A stretch of 64,000 nucleotides of DNA from contig JAPEUI010000006.1 in the NCBI GenBank assembly GCA_026025075.1, positions 62,001 to 126,000 on the forward strand, read 5' to 3'. A model generated the notes under the pieces. The model did no database searches. It saw nothing but the letters and a program-made list of their open reading frames with translations, and was not told the origin of the DNA. The translations under genes were made by a program, and so were the position numbers. This document shows, in pieces, positions 47,801 through 59,992 of the stretch (the first letter of the stretch is position 1; every line of letters starts with the position of its first letter). The stretch comes from Vezdaea acicularis. Lineage: Eukaryota.

Positions 47801-48345
47801 AGTGGTCTTGTCTGCGGATCCTTATCGTCGGGTGACAGTGCTTTACCAACACCAATGGCTGCTGCTTGAGAAGAGTCGGTCCGAGTGACCGTAGCAACTC
47901 TTGCCTTTGCGCTTGCAGTTGGCAAGGATGGTTTTGGAGCATGTAATTGTAAATCATTTGCCACATTCCTGCCTTGCGTCGGCGATACATCCTCGTCTGC
48001 AGCTGAATGGCTCAGATTACCTTCGCAAACATTTGCATACTCGTTACCCTCTTGGCCGACAGATGGAAGTGTGACGCTTGGTGGCCGCTTGGGAAGGCTC
48101 AAGCTCAATTCGCTGACGGCACCAGAGTTGCCACTACTCTTTATGTTAATTGAAGCTGGCGGGAGCTTCATCTCGTTGAGGGGCGATCTGGCGTAAGTAT
48201 CGCGCTGAGGGGAGATTGAGCGGTCAGCACGGCGGGCTGGGCGGGGCGGGACCTGGGGAATGCCCATTGGTAGGCTGGAAGGTTCTTGCTTCTGCGAGCG
48301 AGTTGGACGAGGAGGTATTGATGGTACCGATGACTGAGCTGACAT
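44825..48345 (-). CDS. AIM21: Aim21-like Pro-rich actin/endocytosis adaptor
   Basis: Many PxxPxRP SH3-ligand motifs, repeated RFPSxDIWED, KIASLKAGFLSDLDKRLQLGP and PLSDARKGRARGPARR. One intron near 47300. Confidence 0.8.
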
Positions 48346-49840
48346 GTTGATCTGTCAATGGCTTGACTGAAGATCTCGGCGAGATATTCTAGTGTTCAAT
48401 GTCAAACTTGTTTAATGTCAGCTCGAAATAAAGACATCCGCAAAGTCGCGATCGGATGCACTACAAAGGGTAAAGAGCTTTCAATGACGGTATCCCAAGC
48501 TACCAACATTGCATTCAGTCTGAAAGAGATCGTGGTGGAGAGTAGGAAATATTTCAGAAAAAATAATCATAGCTAACGCAGTGTTTCCAAGGCCTGGCAG
48601 CGCTCGTCACCGCCTCCGAGTCGATTCTCGGCTGTCATATGAAGAATTGAATGATTGGCTGGCGGTGAACAGAACGAGCAAGAGAAGACATGACACGTAC
48701 CAGGCTGATCCAAGGGTCAGGAGTACCAAGGAACCTTCTCCTGATGGGCGGAAGAGGCAAACAAACGAAAGAGAGAATGGGCTCGATGGGCGTTGGGTTC
48801 TTCAGGACCTGGCGAGGTTCTTGTGATGAGGGAGTGGAGTAGCTGGTGGAGCGCAGAGTTAAGCAGCCGATCGAAGCTAGCCCAGACTTGCGCCAATGAC
48901 TTCTATAGCCGGGCGACAAATGCAAACAAGGAACGCATAAATTAGTCGTCGTTGCGCCAAATGTGTTAGCTGCGATTGGGTAAGGGAAACGGCCAAAGCC
49001 CGGCATTTGAGTTGGGTTCGTCGCGCGTTAACGAAAACCCCCCCCCTTTGCGGGCGGTGGAATACATCGAAGTTGACAGCGCCCTTTTTCAACGACTATC
49101 CCTCTCAACTTTCTTGCACACAGACAACCCGCAAGCCCGAGCGACACGAGACGCGAGTGCGAAGCATGATGGCATTGGCGTAAGCATTCTGGGCGCCTGC
49201 CATTGTGGCTGTATCCTGCGAATGTCTCCGCTGCATTGTCTGATACGGTGAGGATTTGCATACTCACGTGGATCTTAAAAGTTCGGCCGCCACAAGACCA
49301 AGTTTATGCCACCGGATCCGCAACGCCGCCACCTCGCCATACGTCGGTCCCTTAGCTTAGGCCTCGAAGGCAGGCTTGATGGTTCCTGACAGGTCACGAG
49401 GGCATAGAATGCATCCTTTTAGCTCACCGAGTTTCGGGCGGTCATCCTGACGTCGAGCGGCAGCTTTGGCGCCATGTTTGGGCCTAATCACGGATTGAGA
49501 CTGACTGAAGTGCTTTCTTATTTGTTCGAGAACGCTATTCGCAGTCTATTCGCTGAAGCAATGGCTTCGTAGCTGACCTACGTACCAAATGATGGAGTAA
49601 TAAACTCATAAGCAGTTGCATAATACAGTTGGCGCAACCCAAACACCAGTAGCTTAGCAGTACCAGATATCAAACCCTCCCGCAAATCCTATAGGCACAA
49701 GCACCCTGTCATTATCGCCATTGGCCACTGGCCTATTGAGACACTTTTCTCCTCCAAAGCCATCCGAAGCCCATCTTCGCTGAAGCTCCTTCTTGACCAT
49801 AGAAACGACTCTTCCACATCTTCCCTGCAATCGCTGCGCG

Positions 49841-50615
49841 CTATATTATCATCTGGGCAACCCCTTGTCCTCCCAGCGTCTTGCTTCCTACGAAGCCTTG
49901 TCCCTTAAGACCAGCTAGGGCGTAGAATACTGCGGCAATCAGCAGGACCACAGCAGCAGCTATCAAACTCGTAGCATAAATGGTCAAGCTTAGCCATTGG
50001 ATGATGCTCATAACAAGGTATACTCCAGCGCGCATGTAGTTGGTTGTGACTCGGCGGATCAGGGAATCAAATTTTGACGACGTCGGACATATACGAAGGA
50101 GTAGAGGTATCTCGATGAATATCAATATGAAGGAGCAGACCCTAGCGTAAGTTAATTTATGGCCAGACCGTGCAGAACAGAGAGATCTTACAAGCATATT
50201 ATGCTGAACAGTATTATCAAATGGAAGTGGAAGATGTTTGCTATTCCCAATGCGAAGCACAGAATGATGCATAACACGCCTGTCCTGCAAGAGGAGACTC
50301 GTTAGCATAAAGCTATAAACCCCTATATTCCTAATGTCCAGTACTTCAAACATCCAGAGTATGATGCATCCGTGAAGCACTTCAATCGACCTCTTCTAGA
50401 GTATCGTCTCAAGAGAGATACTCTGAGTTCATGCCAATAGCACCTATGGCATGCGATGTCCTCTACAAATGGGCAAAATAAATGTTTGCGCTATGAGTGA
50501 ACTAACCATTGTCCATAGATACCTAGAAAGTCCTGCTGTCAGTAAACACAACCTGCGGAGCGCTTCGGATGGACATACTGAAATTCCGCGACTTGAACTC
50601 CTCAAGTATGGTCAT
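49841..50615 (-). CDS. TVP18: Golgi membrane protein Tvp18
   Basis: MTILEEFKSRNF|SIYGQW|TGVLCIILCFALGIANIF...FIEIPLLLRICPTS...SKTLGGQGVAQMII. Four exons including a 16-nt exon (50507-50522). Confidence 0.92.
50332..50466 (-). ncRNA. Candidate intronic H/ACA snoRNA or structured intronic RNA
   Basis: In TVP18 intron 2 (222 nt): hairpins, then AGAAGA (ANANNA H-box), another hairpin, then ACA. Confidence 0.4.
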
Positions 50616-51559
50616 GTTGAATGTTCTGAATGCTTATTTCCTTATTCGCAAAACGTTTGGATGAGCAACAGGTTGTCGTTCAGATGCTGACACAGGAGTG
50701 ACAACTGCCTTTGTCGCAAGGGAAGAGTGATAGCTTTGGACGACGATCTATCCTGAGGCTTGGAGATCTTATAGCGATGCAAAGCTGCAACGAAATACAG
50801 AGGCAGTGGCTCAGATGAGTACGTAGGCACAGTGGTCTGACTATGTTCGTTGTGCTCCGAAGTCAACAGACCTGCTTCGTCTTATTTCGGACGGCCTCGC
50901 CTACTTAGACTGCGCTTGCGCTAAACATGCAGGGGTCTGGAAATAGAGATTTTGGAGACGGGACTGGCTCCCCACAGTGAATTACAAACCTCGAACTCTA
51001 ATGCTTTAGGACATAGATGAAAATCATAACCGTCTTCTAAAACTCAATTGTTACGTAAGTGACGCTACTCATTGATTTTCTGATCTTAACTCGTCACCTG
51101 GTAATGCTTTGCATTGGCGCGCAAAGCTGTGTGAGCCACGCATTAGCTCTATATATGACATATCTATGACAGGAGTAGGAACATGACTCTACTGGTCTGT
51201 ATCAGCCCCCTTGTTCAGGATCTCCTGGTATAAACACTCTGGAAACGGTACAGTGCATATTTGAGAGCCCAGCGCGAATGGAATCGTTGGGGGCACGCAC
51301 AATGCTGTACGGTGTATTGAAAAGCCTTTGACTCAAGTGGGACACCGCAGCAGAGACAGCCTTTTGGAATTTCAAGAATCTTTGCATTGAAGCGCATGAG
51401 CAACTCATATGCTTCGTACACATTGTCTGCAGATCAGACCCCATTCAGTCCCACCAAGCCTACTCATCAATATGCCAGCCAATTATCTATGAAGCCGGAA
51501 AATGTCGTTGAAAACGTAAAGTTCCTCTTGGGTGACCCGGGACGTATCTCAAGTGTAGA

Positions 51560-52200
51560 TCATCCGTATATGATACGGAAGACGTCGTTCAAGACATAGT
51601 AACTGCCACCGTCTGGAACCAATTGGAAGACTTGGCTATATCTCATTGGGTGTTCACCATCGTCCACTCCCATTTCCCCTGTGACTAGTACCAAGATATT
51701 CCCATTGTCACTGGAAGGCTGCGGATCGAAAGTAGAGATTCTGTGGACGATTTTTTGAAAAGGCAACGACTAAGAACGACATGACGTTAGGGCATTTCCT
51801 TCACGGCTATATATCTGAATATGTGTCAGAACTGACCACTAGCTTCTCGACGATAGCTTCAACGCCATACGTAGATGCGGTCTCAAAGGTCAACATAGAG
51901 TTGGGGCGCTGCAAGAAGTTAATTTGGATTAACCTGGGGAATATTCAAGATCTTGCGGACGTAAAGCGCAGCTAATCCTTTCCGATCCCTATCAAATGTC
52001 TTGTAGTAGAAATCAACGAATTGTTCTGATAGAAAGGTTAGCGACAGATTTGTAAGATGGAGAAAGACTGGGTATGGTGATTGTCATGGAGGGTGGCCAG
52101 CTAGAAACTTGACTTACCCGCTACTTGCTGGAAGCCCACTGAATTTTTACGCAGTTAGCAGCCTGCGATCACGATTCCGAAATGGACACTCACTCGCCAT
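51560..52200 (-). CDS. NTF2: Nuclear transport factor 2
   Basis: FQQVA|EQFVDFYYKTFD...LY|RPNSMLTFE...LPFQK...ILVLVTG...YYVLNDVFRIIYG. Five exons, the first coding exon only 7 nt. Confidence 0.95.
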
Positions 52201-53599
52201 GGTGACGGCGTGCAGATGACCGGCTTAACCTAGGATTGAGATATTTCAGGAAGAACAGGCAAATGTTTCTCGGATCGCTATGAACCAAGTTGTAGGTCGA
52301 CTAGTGATGATGTGGGTTTAGCGTGACATAGAAGAGCTGTACGTGTACTCGTACAATGCACCGCAATACATCCACGGGTTTCGCCTGCCGTTTCCCAACA
52401 CGCTTTTTTCAACTATTGCAACGGACGTGACCTTTTACTTCTATGGCGAATTTCTGACTATATGTGAAATAAGGGCGGCCACTCAAAATTTGAGACATGA
52501 TAAGTGGGCATCAAAGAAATGCTTTGGGTATATCCAAGTATCAAAAGGTTCGGAGCTTGAAGTATAAGCCTACATTACTTCACGCTTATCAGATCTCTGG
52601 AATGCATTTGCGCAGCGATTCAGCCTTTTTCTTTCTCCATGTTGAGAGCTTATGCACGCGCATCTATCTAGCAGCTTCTTTCTCTGAAGAAGGGCCAATA
52701 CTTGCATTGAACACGCTGAAAATATCTGACCAACTGCGCTCTGAACAGCCGAAGCTACTACTGTGGTTTGGAATTGAGAATGAGTAAAGTGTAGGCTTCG
52801 TTTAGATTTGATCCGGTGGTAAAAGATCAGTCTCTGCGAAGCCTCGTCGTTTTAGTCTGCTCTCTCGTCTTAGCTATCATGAGATATTCATGTATTCGCG
52901 CAAGGAAAAACGATCTCCTTTATGCATGATATCCCGCTCGCTAAATTATTCTCACTTGGTCAGAGGCTAGACACGAGTAGCAGCCTGTCCTTCATGGAGA
53001 AATAGGGATAGAAGACCCTTACCGCAGACCGAGATTCCAGGACGACGATTACATATGAGTTTCCACGCGATCGCCTTCTAAAGACGGGTATGTCATTGGA
53101 GATGCACCAACAAAATTGGTCCGGCAGCCATTTTGATATACCGAAGCAGTGTCGATCATCCTCCAATGGGGAGAGGGCAATAGCCGACCTCAGGTGGAGA
53201 AACTCGAGTGCGGGACATCTGTACATCCTCTGCTGTCACGCTGAAGAGATTAGGATATTGAAATTGCTTGCTATATCGTGAAAGCTACCTTGAGTTTGGA
53301 TGATTCAGGTGGAGTCTTCATAAATGGTCGGAGAGCTACCGTAACAGGCAGCTAGATGCCTCCACGATCGGTTTTGCTGTAGCTATGCTGCCACTGCTAG
53401 GAGATTCCGAGAGTCCGCAACGATATCGAATTTGGATTGAAGATCTTTTGAATGAGTCGGAATTCCTTCGTCTATTATTGTGATTTTGTCGCTGATACAT
53501 TCTGTTGTTAGAAGGACGACCCGCTTCACAAAAACCATTCAGCAATACAACGACCCTTTCCGGCTTAGTATAAGTGATCAGCAACAGGCCATTATTCCC

Positions 53600-55820
53600 A
53601 TGTCATGGGAGAGAACGAATCTTTCTGCACATGCATATTTAGATTCTACGGAAGTTGAAAAGGAGTCAATAAAGGACAACGATGAGCTGTTCCGGTTAGT
53701 AAATAGGTTTGTTTCTGGACACAAATACTTTCACCGTCTGGACCAAGAGATAAGAAATTATGAGGAACAACTAAGCGACAATGTTGTGGGCCTCATGTGG
53801 CATTACCTAGGGCCGAATTTTCCAAGCCCCGAAAGGCTTTTGGAGAACAAGCAAAGAACGGGTCTCATCATAGATCTTCTAGATCTATACGGAGATCTTC
53901 AACTTGCTCTTGTTAAGGTTAATTGGGCTCGCATAGATAACATAGCATTCAGAAACCGCTTACGCCTCATGTTGATAGCGTTGCTCGATGTGCTTAGTGA
54001 GTGTGTCAAACGCATGCAATTCGGCCAAAGGTATATATATGGTCTTTAGATCATCAATATAGCCATGGTAGCCACTGACTTGAGCTCCTAGGTTTGCTGA
54101 AAATTCCTACAGGATGTACGCCTTGGAAGAGTCAGTACGCCAATTGGACTTTCACATTCAAAGAATGGCCGCTGAGAATCTAGGAACGGGATTAGAGCTC
54201 CCTAGCAGCGAATTTGTTGTTAACATATACAGAGGTCTCGAAGAGGAAGTACTCTCCAGGTTCCCATCTCTGTTGAGAATAGATAGATCACAGGCCCCTG
54301 GAAAAAATATCTTACCATCATTAGCGAGCTCAAAGCCTGGATATCCCGAGGCTGGCTTCAATACAACTGGAGAAACCCTTGTTAACACACTTGCATTTGT
54401 ATCTCCTAGTTCAGTGCCTGTTGTTTCCCCAAATATCCAGCAATTTCTCGCACACCGATCTTGGCTCGCAGGCACAGCTACCAAAGAACCTCTCCCCGAA
54501 ATTAGCCTATATAAGCAGTTTCGTCGAGGGGAGCACTATGATCTGTCTGAAGGCGAGAAAGTGCCATTTGCACACGTACGAGTGCTTGGCCATGGTGGCT
54601 TTGGAGTTGTCGAGGAAGTTCGGAGCATCATGACGAGCGAGGTATTTGCTCGTAAGACTATTAAGAATGAGATAGACGAAAGTCTCGCGGAAGTTAGAGA
54701 GAAGTTCTTAAATGAGGTCAAGATAATTCAAAGACTTTCTAACCATCGACATATTGTCAAAGTTTTTGCAAGCTACACTATCGGGCGAGAACTTAGTGTC
54801 CTAATTGAGCCTGTTGCTGATGGTGGCGATCTACATTCCTTCTTACGAGGTATTCAAGACGCGGAGTCGCCCCATGCTCTTTTATCAATTCATGAAACAA
54901 TTTTGACGAAGGCTGTTGGGTGCCTCCTCAGCGGCTTGGCATATATGCACAAGTATAATATCCGGCACAAAGACATTAAACCGAAGAACATCTTAATTCA
55001 CCAGGGGTCTGTACTTTTCACAGACTTTGGGGCATCATTTGATAGCTCTTTGCTTTCTGGAAGTACTACAGATGGGCAGCCCGGGCCAATGACTAGAAGA
55101 TACTGCGCACCAGAAGTTGCAGATTGGGAAAGTCGAAACGCTGCCTCAGATGTCTTTTCCCTTGGGTGTATCTTTATTGAGATACTGCGCACGCTAGAGC
55201 CCAAGTATTCACAAACCCTAAAAGTAGCGGGAGAATATCACCGGGAAATAGAGACCATCATAAGCTATTTACGCTCTACACCTTTTCGCTGGCCTCGGTT
55301 TCCGCTCACCATGATACTCCCAATAATGCTGAGGCGGGATCCCGTTGAACGTGGAACTTCAGGATCGGTTCTCAACTCACTGCGAGTAAATCTGGGCCTA
55401 AGCTCTGGGTTTACGACCTTCATGTGTAAAGGGTGCCTACACGATGCTCAAGCGTCCATCAGAATTGTTGCCAGTTCTGCGTCTCATGACACGGCGCAGA
55501 ACTTAGAAGAGCCAATACCCCCGATCCTCTCATCACCGCCACCCTTGAATGGGAAACCCTTCGTTGAGTATCTATCAAGAAGTGTAGTACCCACTCACCT
55601 GCGTGCGAGGGCGTTATTTGCTTTTCATGATAGCCTAGGGAATTTCCTAGGAGTCAGTAAGGGTGATAGCCTGGAGGTTGTAAGGAAATATAAAGACCGC
55701 GAGTGGATGCTATGTTATAAAGAAGGCATGCACTACCAGGAGTTGTTCTTCGTTCCTGAGGCGTTTCTTGAAATTGAGAAGGATGCACTGGCGGAGATGT
55801 CGCATTTTGAGTACAACTGA
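53600..55820 (+). CDS. Ser/Thr protein kinase with N-terminal helical region and C-terminal SH3-like domain
   Basis: LGHGGFGVV, FARK, HKDIKPKNIL, DFG, YCAPE, SDVFSLG; SH3-like ARALFAF...VSKGD...W...FVP. Intron 54031-54091 links the two ORFs in frame. The true start may lie upstream. Confidence 0.85.
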
Positions 55821-55996
55821 AGCCGCATAAATTTCGATGAATTCATGTTATGCCGCAATCTATGAAGAGAAAAGCGATCCAATCCCATTTCATATTCGCG
55901 TACTCTTGGACACTATGCAACTACTAACGGCTTGACTTTGCTTCGCCTAATAGAACTCCATTCGTCCACCTCCTTCTCAACTCTCTCTCCACATCT

Positions 55997-57938
55997 CTAC
56001 ATCTCCTCATCCTCCCCTAACTTCCCCCCAAATATCTCCGCTCCGCCCATTCCAAACCTTGCCCTCATAGCCTCCGCATGCTCGTCTTCGAATCCCGGAA
56101 TGCTCGGCCGCTGCTTCTTTAGTGGACTCCCTACCACGCTTTCGTCTGGCTCTCTGGGGTTATTGGCGGATGTTGGAGGGAGACTGAAGGCTGATGAAGG
56201 AGGTGTACGGGTTGGGTCATGAGCTACATCCGATGACGGGTAGCCATGGGGGTCTGTATGTGAGGGTGGCGGGGTTTCCCCGGTTGGCGTCTGGATACTG
56301 CTGGGTGACTTGCGAGGGGCAGAGTCTTGGAGAGGTTCTGCAGAGTGAACACGCTTGAGCTGTCAATCGCAATGTCAGCTTCACGTACTTAAGGCCATTG
56401 CGCTGGAAGAGAGCTGGGTCGTATACCTTTATCTGTCGCACACCTTCGGCTAACTCTCTTCCTCTCCGAGCATCTTCCGGATCCAGTAATCTCCCCTCTT
56501 CCTTTGAATCGACCTCTACATCGTCAACTTTACTCTTCTCCTCGGTCTCTCCGGCGCTCTCGTCCTCGCTGTCAGCATCATTTGCGCTATCAACGCTCTT
56601 CTTGCCCTTCTTTCCTATCTTCTTAGTTGGGGACTGAGACGTTGCACTATCACGGAAGCCAGAGAAGCCAACAGTACCTCCTGCTTTTAGAGGCCCAAGT
56701 TTCGAGAAGTCGGTCTGAACAGAGCGACGCTTAGAAGTCGAAGTAGTTGCTGTTGTAGGAGCTGGCTCAGGACTAGGTAGGATGCCCATCTTTTGTAATT
56801 GTCCTATTTGAATTAGATTAGTCGCCGGAACATCAAGACTGCTAAGAGTCGCAGGAATGCACTTACGCTCGCCTCTATAGAGAAAGGTGAAAGTAGCATA
56901 AGGTTTCTCAGGTCCATCAATACCCGTCACAGTTTGTGTACTAATTGACTTCGGATCGAGGGTTTTTGGTTTTGCAAAGCTAGTAGTGTGGTCGATGTCT
57001 GCTTCACCAGAATCACCATCTGTATTTCCGTTCCTTTCAGCCCTCCCGCCCTCGGATTCGTCGTCGTCATCGTGTGCATCGAATTGAGGTGAGTACTCTC
57101 CACGCTTGATTTCGCCGGACGCTAGTACCCGGAAGAGCGCCACTTTTATTTGGCCTGCTGCTTCAGGAGGCGGTGGCTCTTCGTCAGAGTCGCTATCAGA
57201 AGAAAATGCCAGATCTTCGTCATCAGACATCCTCGACCCAGGCGACTGTGGCTCTGTCTTCACCTCTGCCTTCTTCCCCTCATCGAGCTCCATGTCGGCT
57301 TCCTCCTCATCTTTGATACCTTTCCGTCGCCTACGACGCTTCTCCATGCGTAGTCTTCTCCTTTCTATTTTCGCCGCCGCATCTTTGCCGTCCAGGTCAA
57401 GCCCGTTCAGCCATCGCTCTAAGCCGACCTCTCGGAACAAAAATTCGCGCTCTGCTAGTCCTCCACCTTCTGAATCGGGCACTGACACCCATCGCGAGTT
57501 CACCCACGTTTCCTCGCCTCGACGTAGTAACGTAGCGACCTCTTCCTTCTGCCTGCCATCGAAATATATGTACGCAGCAATCGTCTCATTTGGCGAAGTT
57601 GTTAAGGGAAGGTAAGGACCAACCGTGCTGGAATACTGCCCTCTCTCGCTGCCTTGGCCAGGTAAACCACCGACTAGCTTCGGTCTTGGGTATGGGTCAT
57701 CAGGGGTAGCCTTTGGAGCTGAGTATGGCACAGCAAGACCAGGTGTTAACAGTGTGATAGAGATTGCAAAGGTTGACTGCTCAGGTTTATTTGTCAGGGA
57801 GTCTGGAGGAACTTTCGCCGGAGGTACAGGGATATATGAAGTAATTCGAGAGTATTTCGATTGCTTTTGAATCGAATATTCTGGTAGCGGTCCCTCTGGC
57901 GCATGTATGCTAACGGCGAGGCCTTTAAAACACGGCAT
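55997..57938 (-). CDS. Conserved fungal hypothetical protein
   Basis: MPCFKGLAVSIH...GPLPEY, IYFDGRQKEEVATLLRRGEETWVNSRWV, AGQIKVALFRV, FTFLYR. Two introns; last exon ends EDEEM*. Confidence 0.8.
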
Positions 57939-58718
57939 TTTATGGAAGCGACAGGGTGCGTTGTAGATTTGATAGATAGTTCGGAAAGTCTGAAGATAAG
58001 TGTAGTATTTTATCGACGATTTTAATTCGAGACAGAAAGCTCTAAGGCCTTATTTGCTTCGGTTGTGAGGAGCTCGAGAGCGAGAAGCACGGAATGCGTA
58101 AGGTTTTGCGAATTCGACGCTGAGACTTGTGGTTACTGATGATGCCCTTACCCTTATAAAAGTCTTGCACAAATACCGATAGAAACGAGTTATTGGGAAG
58201 GAAAGATGCGGTATCAAGGCTTGCAGACTGTTGCTAGAGAAGATGGGTGAAGCTGTACCAAGATAGACAGCACAGATGGCCGTATCGTAGACCTTTTCCC
58301 ACTTGACCGTATTGGATTGTCTTTCTCCAAATGAATGTTGGGAGGAAGCAGGAGAGCAGAGCCAGCTGCTAGTGATGATGGCCTTCCTTTCCGTCTACAG
58401 CTCTGGTCTCGATAACAAAGTCAGAGGAGGGAATATAGCAAGACTACGGAGCGACGCTTAGGTGCCGTGGACTGCTCCCTTGTCCAGCTACGCCAAACGT
58501 GGTTAATAAGTCTTGGGGAAAGGCCAAAGCTCATTGGCAGCATCGTCTAAATATTGATAATGCCGCACGTCCAATACCAGCAACAGCACCATGCTACTAC
58601 TTGCATGATTTAGGTTCCTATTGAATAATGATTGCGCCTCACCATCCATCGAGGTCATTGGGTGGGTAGCGTATAATTCATTCAAAGAGTGTCCTAAAGT
58701 CGTCTGCGTTCCTGTGAC

Positions 58719-59968
58719 ATGGGCAGCCTGCGAAGAAGGTCTGTTTTGCTCACATTTGATGCGTTTGGTACACTCTTTCACCCCCGCAAGCCGATTGCTT
58801 CCCAATATGCAGAGGTAGCCAAGCAGCTGGGACTGAAGCACGTGAACGAGGAAGAGCTTCAAGCATCATTCCGTAAGGGTCAGTACCCCAATGACCTGTG
58901 ATTTATGAGAAGCTACATGAACCTTAACCTATGCTAGCTTTCAAGGGGGAGTCTAAGCGTCATCCTAACTACGGAAAGCATTCAGGGATAACGCCGCCAG
59001 AATGGTGGGGTAATGTGAGATATTCTCCTAGCCTTCTCTGCTGTCCTTATCGTCTTCTAGATAATCCACTATCGTTTTGACTTCTCACACGCACGGACGC
59101 ACCTCTAATCAATCGGGGAAACTACTCGTTATGATGGTCTGTTTTAAAAGAAGATTTCTTTTTCTAGTATATGCCACTTATTTGAAGACAGCTATCTTGA
59201 TACTAGCTTTATCTCAAGGACAGGGTGAGGCATAGCAATCTGACAATGTCGCCTTAGATAATCCGAGCAGCATTCATACCACTCTTGCCTTCGCGGCATA
59301 AACTTCCCGACAGGCTAATTTCCGAGCTCCTTCAACGCTTTTCTGGAACAGAAGGCTACCAGCTTTACCCTGACGTTTTGCCTTTTTTCCGCACCTTACA
59401 TAACCAACGGAGCCACCATTACTCGAAGGAGATATGGCCATGGACACATACTATCGTCGGAATCATTTCAAACTCGGATGACAGAGTTCCTTTGATTCTG
59501 AGAAATCTAGGACTTTCGACTGGGCAATTGTCTTCTAGTAACGCGGATCATAGCTTAAGATCTGAGATTGTGATTAGCAATGATATCGACTTTACCGTCC
59601 TGAGTTACGACGTTGGGGTCGAGAAGCCAGAAAGGGCGATCTTCGAGGCTGCGGAGCGTATCGCTGAAGGCGTTTTTAGTAGCAACCCTGACATGGAACA
59701 ATCATTCGATTTTATCCACGTAGGGGACGACATGGTCCAGGACCTATACGGATCTAGACAGCTCAACTCAATCGGGGTATTAGTGGACCGCGTTGGGAAA
59801 TTCAAGAGCTGTTTTCGACAAACAGGTCAAGTTCTTCCGTTACTAACTGAAGACTCTTCGCATGGGAAGCATCACTATGTTGCGGTTGAGAACCTGAACG
59901 CGATATTCTCCAAAACATTCGGCGCATTCTGCACCCGTGAGCTGCAGCCGTCGAAACCTATCTCATGA
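58719..59968 (+). CDS. HAD-superfamily hydrolase (HDHD3-like)
   Basis: LLTFDAFGTLF (motif I), GIISNSDDR, YDVGVEKP, IHVGDD. Two introns. Confidence 0.9.
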
Positions 59969-59992
59969 AGAGTTCGAGTTTCGTTACGAAGT

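Noticed and set aside
50900..51060. Vague U1 snRNA-like 3' sequence on the minus strand
   Set aside because: No ACTTACCTG 5' end and no convincing Sm site.
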